DNA of 64,000 nucleotides from an uncultured Candidatus Saccharibacteria bacterium (GTDB lineage Bacteria; Patescibacteriota; Saccharimonadia; Saccharimonadales; Saccharimonadaceae): NCBI GenBank assembly GCA_946414465.1, contig CAMKOP010000003.1, positions 15,162 to 79,161 of the forward strand, read 5' to 3'. Shown piece by piece: positions 57,541 to 64,000 of this stretch (position 1 is its first letter; each line of letters starts with the position of its first letter). The notes under the pieces were generated by a model. It saw only the letters and a program-made list of their open reading frames with translations, ran no database searches and was not told where the DNA came from. The position numbers and the translations under genes were made by a program.

Positions 57541-58258
57541 TCTGCTCCTTTATTATTTTTTCGTATATTTTACCTATTTTACTAAATTGCTGAGGATAGA
57601 GATGTAACTTTGAAAGTTCACTCACGAGCCAAAGCGGCAAAACTTCATGCGCCTTGATTTCTAGGATGATGTTGTGATTATCCTTAAAATAAATTTTATC
57701 ACGTTTTCCTTTATTGAAGGTTAAATTGTAGTCACGATATTTAAGTTTTTCGTCAAAAGTAATACGAAGATTGTCTTCGCCTTTGTAGGATTCGCGATTG
57801 TAGATGACCATTATTTTTGGTTTGAGCTTGAAATGTTCAATCAGATAGTCGACTTCTTTGGCGATTTGAAGTTCATGTTTTGTCTTGTCCGAAAACCTAA
57901 CTAGTTCATATAAAGTTGTTTTGCCACTAATTAATTTGTCAAATTCTTCATGAGTAATCATGACTCGACGTTTGTAGCCTGGGTTTAAGTCGCGGCCACG
58001 TAGTTTGGTTTTGATTTCTAGAAACACTCGATCATAGCCACCATAACTTCTGGCACGGAGTTTGTGCTTAAAAACTGGCTGGTCGATAGATTGGATAATT
58101 AAATCAAAATTATTGGTATCAAAATAGAGGTTGTATACCTCGGACTTGTGATAACTATCTTTGTGCATGTTTTTTCGGATTGCTTTTTTTAGCTCCTTTT
58201 TGTCTGCATTAGTAATCAGATATTTCTTTTCAATCCGATCAAAAACCTTACCGTCCAT
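57530..58258 (-). CDS. VTC-domain (polyphosphate polymerase domain / CYTH-like) protein
   Basis: FDRIEKKYLI N-terminal motif; 242 aa. Confidence 0.7.
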   Translation of the reverse strand: MDGKVFDRIEKKYLITNADKKELKKAIRKNMHKDSYHKSEVYNLYFDTNNFDLIIQSIDQPVFKHKLRARSYGGYDRVFLEIKTKLRGRDLNPGYKRRVMITHEEFDKLISGKTTLYELVRFSDKTKHELQIAKEVDYLIEHFKLKPKIMVIYNRESYKGEDNLRITFDEKLKYRDYNLTFNKGKRDKIYFKDNHNIILEIKAHEVLPLWLVSELSKLHLYPQQFSKIGKIYEKIIKEQNVQ

Positions 58259-58317
58259 ATAGTCTATTATAATACGTTTAAGTCAAAATTAACAGGGAAT
58301 TACCACCCCTGTTTATA

Positions 58318-58346
58318 TTGACATTTTTGCATAAGTGTGATATAAT
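58318..58346 (+). promoter_or_regulatory. Copy 2 of the conserved 29-bp promoter element
   Basis: TTGACATTTTTGCATAAGTGTGATATAAT, 57 nt upstream of the ATG at 58403. Confidence 0.6.
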
Positions 58347-58402
58347 AATAAGATAGGTCATTAGTGGCTGCAACTTAAAAACTCTATATAAGGGGGAAAA
58401 CT

Positions 58403-58876
58403 ATGAAGAATTTGAATAAGAGAGAGAAAATTCTTTTTTCAATAATCATTATTCTTGTAATTGTTTTGATTACAACTTTTGTTGCCTTGAATAAGGCTCA
58501 GACTGAACGAAATAGTCTGGCTTTTCAAAATTGTTCATTGCAGGAAGCAAAGAATGATGTCGACGCGACAAATCTTAAGCTACTTGAAGCGCTGAGGTAT
58601 GAGCATAGAATTGCTGTATCAAGTGACACTAAGCTACTTGTTGCAGATCTTGCCTGGCTTGATCGAGAAAATGATACTTTTTACATGGATGCATTTATCG
58701 ATCTTGATAACGGCGAGGAAAACTGCTTCAAAAGGCTCAAAAAACTCTTCGATGAAGACAAAGAAGCTCGCGAAAGAGCAGTTAACATCGTATGCTATCA
58801 CTTAGACAATATTTGTCTATATGAAGTTACAAGTGATTATTATGATCAACTGGTTGCAGAAAGTACCACAGACTAA
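58403..58876 (+). CDS. Hypothetical membrane-anchored protein (157 aa)
   Basis: N-terminal TM and a GGGGGAAAA RBS region. Confidence 0.6.
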   Translation: MKNLNKREKILFSIIIILVIVLITTFVALNKAQTERNSLAFQNCSLQEAKNDVDATNLKLLEALRYEHRIAVSSDTKLLVADLAWLDRENDTFYMDAFIDLDNGEENCFKRLKKLFDEDKEARERAVNIVCYHLDNICLYEVTSDYYDQLVAESTTD

Positions 58877-58885
58877 GACCTATCA

Positions 58886-58915
58886 ATACCCGTATGTTTA
58901 CGGGTATTTTTTTTT
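58886..58915 (+). terminator. Rho-independent terminator
   Basis: ATACCCGTA-tgtt-TACGGGTAT followed by a T9 run. Confidence 0.8.
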
Positions 58916-58940
58916 GTGTTTATGCTATAATTAGTATGTA

Positions 58941-61900
58941 ATGCTAGAAATTCGGAGTGTGTCGAAGGTCTATCAGACTGGTGGTATTCGCCGTACTGTT
59001 TTAAATAAGGTGCGGATAAATTTTCGTGAGTCAGAATTTGTGGCGATTTTGGGGCCTTCTGGTTCGGGTAAGACTACACTCCTAAATATCATTGGTGGTT
59101 TAGATAAATACACTACAGGTGATTTAATTATTAATGAAAAATCAACTAAAAAATTCCGTGATAAAGATTGGGATTCTTACCGTAATCACAGGGTAGGATT
59201 TGTTTTTCAGTCCTATAATTTGATTCCTCATCAAACCGTATTAAACAATGTAAGGTTGGCTTTGACTTTATCTGGCATTTCAAAGCGTGAATCTGTAAGA
59301 AGGGCTAAAAAGGCTTTAAAGGATGTGGGGCTCTCGGAACATATCAATAAACGTCCAGCACAGCTTTCGGGTGGACAGATGCAGCGAGTCGCGATAGCGA
59401 GAGCATTAGTAAATGATCCGGATATTCTGCTAGCAGACGAGCCAACTGGGGCGTTAGATTCTGAAACCTCAGTTCAAGTAATGAAAATCTTAAAAGAGAT
59501 TTCCAAAAACAAATTAGTCGTAATGGTGACTCATAATCCAGAATTAGCCGATAAATATGCTACAAGAATAATTAAATTAAAGGATGGTAAAATTACCTCT
59601 GATTCTAATTCTTATGATGGCAAGATTAAGACTGATTTAGATTCGAGTGAGGCTGGGCGTAAAAGCAAAAAAACCAAGATGTCGTTTTTGACGGCTTTGA
59701 CTCTGTCATTGAATAATCTGTTGACTAAAAAAGCCCGTACGATACTAGTAGCGATGGCGGGATCAATTGGGATTATAGGTATTGCGTTGATTTCAGCTGT
59801 CTCGACTGGCTTCCAGAATTATATCGACAAGATCGAAGAGGACACCCTGACTTCATATCCATTGGCCCTCCAAAAAGAATCAGCTGATGTTTCTGGGATG
59901 CTGCTTAGCCTTTCTGGCGGTGAGTCAGTAGAAACTTTCGATAACAAAATCCGCGAAAACCAAATTCTAACTTCTACACTCGGTAATGTTTCTAATAACG
60001 ATTTACCAAGTTTCGTAGATTATCTGAATGCGCACTCTACAGAAATCAAAGATGATATTAGATTAATGGAATATGAATACAATGTCGATCCGGTAATTTA
60101 CACTGTGGATGCGACCAATAAAGTCGCTAAAATGAACCCAAGCAATATGTTTTCGACCTTAATTGGAGATAACTCTTTGCTTAGAAACTATTCAACCATG
60201 ACATCCGTATTTAGACAGTTTGATTCAGACAATCTGAAGAATGACACCGAATTACTGGCTGGTCGTTATCCTGAAGAATATAACGAAATGGTAGTCGTTC
60301 TCAGTAAACGTTCTGAAATATCAGAACTCTTAACTTATTCTCTAGGTTTCCATGACTCACAAGAATTAAATGAGATTGTTTCAAAAATCCTTAGTGGGGA
60401 AAAGGTTGAGATTAATAATGAGCCTCTGGAACTAACTTATGATGATTTGATGAATGTCGATCTCAGATTATTATTACCGGCCGATTATTATAAATACAAT
60501 GAAAAATATGAAATATACGAAGATATGTCTGGGGATGAAGATTATATGAAAAAAATATACGACAAGGCTGAGAAATTGCATATTGTCGGTGTGGCTGTAA
60601 TGGATAGGGAGATGGTTTCAGCAGGTAGTGGCGTAGCGTATTTACCTTCACTTGTTCAGCATATTATAGATGAATCAAGTAAAACTGAAATTGTAAAAAG
60701 GCAGCTGGCTAACCCTGAAATAGATATTTTTTCGAATACCAAATTCGGCGAGGAAGGGAATAATTTCAATTTTGAATTCTCGGATTTGGTTTTAATCGAT
60801 GAGGCCAAGTTGTCGCAGGCTTTTGGTGTAAATATAGATCAAAATACTATTGCTGAAAAAACCAAAGAGTATATTAACCAAATATCCAATGATATTACAG
60901 CGGATGTTTCGCCGATTCGTGATGAATTAGCTAATAAATATAAAGATTTGGCGGAAAAATTAAAGAATGAGCTTCTGCTTGCTGGTTCGTTTAAAAAAGC
61001 AGACATTGAAGCAATTGCTAGTGAGTTTATTTCTAGGCAAGATTTTAGTGATTTGGAAAGTAAATACTATCTTCCAGCCGATAAAACTAGCGCACTTTAT
61101 CAGGGCCTAATCGTCGGCACTCTACAAGGATATGTGAAGGCCTATGGTATGACTCAAATGATGAATCCAAGTTATGACGAGGATACCAGTGATATCATGG
61201 TGAATGCGATGCGATTTGAACAAACTATAAATAGCTGCCTTGATTCGATGCAGTTTAATGCGGCATTTGACGCAATTGCCGTGTCGATGACCGAATTAAA
61301 TATGAAAAAAGAGATCCTGACGAAGGTTGGGAATTTAAGTGCGTATTTATCAAGCAGTTTTGCGGATGCTTTTCATGTGGACCAAGATGCTATTATTGGT
61401 GCATTTAAGCTAAACTTCTCAGAGGAAGAATTGTCTCGCGTCGTATCTGCGATGTTCACAAGAAAGAAAACTTCACTGGCTACCAACTTGTCGGCGCTAG
61501 GATATCAAGACTTAGATGACCCAACTATGCTTTCTTTCTATTTTTGGTCATTTGACGGAAAGACACGTTTTATTAATTTTTTGGATGAGTATAATGATTT
61601 GATGAAAGAGACAGGGAATGACGAAAAAGTGATAGAATATACTGACACGACTGGGATACTGATGTCGTCGGTAAAAACTATCGTAGATGCAGTGTCGTAT
61701 GTTCTGATTGCTTTCGTGTCGATTTCTTTGGTCGTTTCTTCGATTATGATTGGTGTAATCACATATATTTCTGTGTATGAACGCACTAAAGAAATTGGGA
61801 TTTTGCGAGCAATTGGGGCGTCAAAACACAACATCTCTTCGATATTTAATGCAGAAACGTTTATCGTTGGGTTTTTGGCTGGATTATTCGGTGTGGGTAT

Positions 61901-62096
61901 ATCATATATGTTGATTCCTATTATTAATCTAGTTTTGCATCATTTCACTGGTGATATACCATTATCGGCAACCTTGGATCCTCGTACAGCAGTGCTACTA
62001 GTGGTATTATCAGTGATTTTGACCTTGATTGCTGGACTTATACCGTCTCGTTCTGCTTCGAAGAAGGACCCGGTAGAAGCTCTTAGGAGCGAATAA
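58941..62096 (+). CDS. Fused ABC transporter ATPase/permease (MacB/FtsX-like)
   Basis: Walker A GPSGSGKT, signature LSGGQMQR, Walker B LLADEPT, and a C-terminal FtsX-type permease with a large extracytoplasmic domain. Confidence 0.9.
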   Translation: MLEIRSVSKVYQTGGIRRTVLNKVRINFRESEFVAILGPSGSGKTTLLNIIGGLDKYTTGDLIINEKSTKKFRDKDWDSYRNHRVGFVFQSYNLIPHQTVLNNVRLALTLSGISKRESVRRAKKALKDVGLSEHINKRPAQLSGGQMQRVAIARALVNDPDILLADEPTGALDSETSVQVMKILKEISKNKLVVMVTHNPELADKYATRIIKLKDGKITSDSNSYDGKIKTDLDSSEAGRKSKKTKMSFLTALTLSLNNLLTKKARTILVAMAGSIGIIGIALISAVSTGFQNYIDKIEEDTLTSYPLALQKESADVSGMLLSLSGGESVETFDNKIRENQILTSTLGNVSNNDLPSFVDYLNAHSTEIKDDIRLMEYEYNVDPVIYTVDATNKVAKMNPSNMFSTLIGDNSLLRNYSTMTSVFRQFDSDNLKNDTELLAGRYPEEYNEMVVVLSKRSEISELLTYSLGFHDSQELNEIVSKILSGEKVEINNEPLELTYDDLMNVDLRLLLPADYYKYNEKYEIYEDMSGDEDYMKKIYDKAEKLHIVGVAVMDREMVSAGSGVAYLPSLVQHIIDESSKTEIVKRQLANPEIDIFSNTKFGEEGNNFNFEFSDLVLIDEAKLSQAFGVNIDQNTIAEKTKEYINQISNDITADVSPIRDELANKYKDLAEKLKNELLLAGSFKKADIEAIASEFISRQDFSDLESKYYLPADKTSALYQGLIVGTLQGYVKAYGMTQMMNPSYDEDTSDIMVNAMRFEQTINSCLDSMQFNAAFDAIAVSMTELNMKKEILTKVGNLSAYLSSSFADAFHVDQDAIIGAFKLNFSEEELSRVVSAMFTRKKTSLATNLSALGYQDLDDPTMLSFYFWSFDGKTRFINFLDEYNDLMKETGNDEKVIEYTDTTGILMSSVKTIVDAVSYVLIAFVSISLVVSSIMIGVITYISVYERTKEIGILRAIGASKHNISSIFNAETFIVGFLAGLFGVGISYMLIPIINLVLHHFTGDIPLSATLDPRTAVLLVVLSVILTLIAGLIPSRSASKKDPVEALRSE

Positions 62097-62117
62097 CAGA
62101 AAGAAATGACAAATCTA

Positions 62118-62146
62118 TTGACTTTTTAGCATAAGTGTGATATAAT
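62118..62146 (+). promoter_or_regulatory. Copy 3 of the conserved 29-bp promoter element
   Basis: TTGACTTTTTAGCATAAGTGTGATATAAT, 69 nt upstream of the ATG at 62215. Confidence 0.6.
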
Positions 62147-62214
62147 ATAAACATAAGCTTAATTATTATCGATAGCTTATCGTTATTTAATATAGAGATA
62201 GCAGGGGGTGTAGT

Positions 62215-62556
62215 ATGAAAAAAGTATCTTTTGTAAAAGTAGCAGTTATCACTGTAGTTTGCATAGTTGTTTTTCTCGGATTGATTTACTTGAATTCGTT
62301 CCAGTTTATGGGCGAAAAATTCATCGATGCAGTATATGGTACGCATGTATATGTCATGCCAGATCAGCTTACTGGTGAGGATATGATAACGGCTGGCTAT
62401 GAACATAATACTCAGGTGCATGATTATATATTGTCCAAATATCATATAGACGATAATGGTTGGAAGATCGATTTTGAGGGACCGACTAAAGTAGCTCCTC
62501 CATGCGATGAAATTACAAATGATGAGCCTGCAGAATATTTTAACAAATCAATTTGA
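62215..62556 (+). CDS. Hypothetical membrane-anchored protein (113 aa)
   Basis: N-terminal TM and an AGGGGG RBS. Confidence 0.6.
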   Translation: MKKVSFVKVAVITVVCIVVFLGLIYLNSFQFMGEKFIDAVYGTHVYVMPDQLTGEDMITAGYEHNTQVHDYILSKYHIDDNGWKIDFEGPTKVAPPCDEITNDEPAEYFNKSI

Positions 62557-62566
62557 CTACTTTTTT

Positions 62567-62596
62567 TAACCCGAAGCATGACGTTTCGGGTTTTTT
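62567..62596 (+). terminator. Rho-independent terminator
   Basis: AACCCGAA ... TTCGGGTT followed by a T-run. Confidence 0.75.
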
Positions 62597-62630
62597 ATTT
62601 TAATCATTTTATGATATAATTATAGAGCAC

Positions 62631-62705
62631 TGGGGATTCGCCAAGTGGTAAGGCAGTGGGTTCTGGTCCCACCATTCGGGGGTTCGAATCCCTCATCCCC
62701 AGCCA
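62631..62705 (+). tRNA. tRNA-Gln (CTG), CCA encoded
   Basis: Manual cloverleaf: acceptor TGGGGAT, anticodon loop TT-CTG-GT, T-loop TTCGAAT. Confidence 0.9.
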
Positions 62706-62897
62706 CAAGGATATTAACCCTGGAGTGTCATCCGTGAGTCGGAGAACGCCCATTTTACAGGGGTTAGATACGCTTTTGCAAATTGCTTATAGCTATATAT
62801 TTATAGTCATAAGCGATATTTTTTTGCATTAATTCTGATCGTTCAGCGATGTTGTGTTTAAGATACTAGCGACGCAACACCTTCTATGCAATAGACC

Positions 62898-63110
62898 CTA
62901 ATTTGAAACACCGTTCCTGACTGCAATAGCTATACTAATAATGTTGACGCTTGACAATATTACCCAGATTCCTAGTGCTACACCAAACACAGTAGGTAAG
63001 ATACCTGGCATTGCGATGAGAATGATTCCGATGATGATAGATAGCGCGCCAGAAGCAATCCCAAAGAATGGGATGTAAAAATTATGTACTGCAAAATTTA
63101 GGGCAATCAA
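62898..63110 (-). CDS. Small membrane protein (DUF308/HdeD-like fragment?)
   Basis: 70 aa with two or three TM helices. Confidence 0.4.
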   Translation of the reverse strand: MIALNFAVHNFYIPFFGIASGALSIIIGIILIAMPGILPTVFGVALGIWVILSSVNIISIAIAVRNGVSN

Positions 63111-63192
63111 AACGATGCTAAAATTTAGTTTTGTCTATTTTTTTTAAAGCAGTTTTACTTGATTTCTCTGGTAAAATAGTATATAATATATT

Positions 63193-63220
63193 TTGATATT
63201 ATATATTGCACCTTTATAAT
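63193..63220 (+). promoter_or_regulatory. Sigma70-like promoter of the radical SAM gene
   Basis: TTGATA-16 nt-TATAAT. Confidence 0.5.
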
Positions 63221-63256
63221 ATGTTGCAAGTGTTTTATTTGATATGGAGGTATGAG

Positions 63257-64000
63257 ATGAGTGTTTTAAGATTTCCACCGAACATCCAATGGGAATTAAC
63301 TTCGGAATGCAATCATGATTGTGTCCATTGTTATAACTATTGGAGAAAGGATTTTGAAAAAATTGCAGGTATGCCAACGGCTAAATCTGAAGATGAATAT
63401 CTTGCTATAGCTAAGAAAATTATCGAGCAAAAACCGGTTTCTGTTATTTTAACAGGTGGTGAGCCGTTGTATGCTTTTGATAAAATCAAATCTTCAATCC
63501 TTCTTTTGAAAAATGAAGGTATTGTAGTAACTTTCAATACTAACGCAGTGCTTTTGAATGATGCTATATGCGATTTTTTGAAAGAACATCGTATATCCCT
63601 ATTTGTGTCCTTGCCTTGTGCTGAACCGGGTATTTGTGATTTGATTACAAATACGAAAAATTCTTTTAAACATATAGTAAAAGGGCTTGATTTGGCATAT
63701 AGTTATGGAATCAAATTTTCGAATAATATTGTCGTATCTAACAAAAACATCGATTATGTTGATATGACAGTAAAGTTTTTGAGGGACAGATACGATGCAA
63801 AGTACGTATCAATAACTCGCGTGAGTAAGCCTATCAATTCAGATGAAAGCTTTAATTCTTGGCTGCTTGGTAGAGAAGGCATTATGAGGTTACAGAATAT
63901 TTCTGTCGAAGTACACGATAAATACCAAATAGAAGTCGGTACGGCTTGCCCTTATACACCATGCAGTATTTATACGCAGGAGGCTTTTGACCTGTTTGGG
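63257..64000 (+). CDS. Radical SAM protein (partial, runs off window; absent from ORF track)
   Basis: GGAGG RBS. My translation MSVLRFPPNIQWELTSECNHDCVHCYNYW... contains CxxxCxxC at 63308-63331 and a GGEPL motif. The frame is open for 248 codons to the window end. Confidence 0.8.
   Translation, partial: MSVLRFPPNIQWELTSECNHDCVHCYNYWRKDFEKIAGMPTAKSEDEYLAIAKKIIEQKPVSVILTGGEPLYAFDKIKSSILLLKNEGIVVTFNTNAVLLNDAICDFLKEHRISLFVSLPCAEPGICDLITNTKNSFKHIVKGLDLAYSYGIKFSNNIVVSNKNIDYVDMTVKFLRDRYDAKYVSITRVSKPINSDESFNSWLLGREGIMRLQNISVEVHDKYQIEVGTACPYTPCSIYTQEAFDLFG

Overview
This is a low-GC bacterial chromosome segment. Its gene content is small housekeeping genes, fused or truncated enzymes, a sortase, one giant surface protein and many ORFans. 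That suggests a reduced-genome, Gram-positive-type organism, possibly CPR/Saccharibacteria-like. The host assignment is inference only.

- **1 to ~14.9 kb:** the right part of a prophage or phage-derived element on the minus strand. It carries a Rad52-like SSAP, a YqaJ exonuclease, an SSB-like protein, two m5C methyltransferases, a VRR-NUC nuclease, an embedded plus-strand C-protein-controlled R-M cassette, a holin-like protein, a CHAP lysin and tail genes. It ends beside tRNA-Ala and a tRNA fragment.
- **Most interesting signal (1-860):** the tail-fibre gene is followed by at least three promoterless, oppositely oriented C-terminal cassettes. Each begins with the same in-frame site, including a perfect 17-bp inverted repeat. 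This looks like a shufflon/Min-like host-range switch.
- **15-19.6 kb:** housekeeping genes (trpS, an HD-domain hydrolase, rluD-like, holB-like, a TPR protein).
- **19.6-24.8 kb:** an ORFan island with a 919-aa orphan protein. Its 3' flank is ~550 nt, ORF-free, G+C-enriched and terminator-capped, and could be a large ncRNA. A second ~160-nt multi-helix RNA candidate sits beside tRNA-Tyr and tRNA-Thr.
- **25-64 kb:** a Y-family polymerase with a YolD-like protein, CDF, SDR and rubrerythrin. There is also a 2264-aa surface protein with InlB-B/Big_2 repeats and a C-terminal PTP domain. Further genes are rmuC, a UvrD-nuclease fusion, rpmG, GH57 plus a glycosyltransferase, GH97, a sortase and CapA. 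A VTC-DUF4956-DUF4353 operon, a MacB-like ABC fusion and a partial radical SAM gene at the window edge complete the segment.

No CRISPR array, rRNA gene or integrase is visible in this window.
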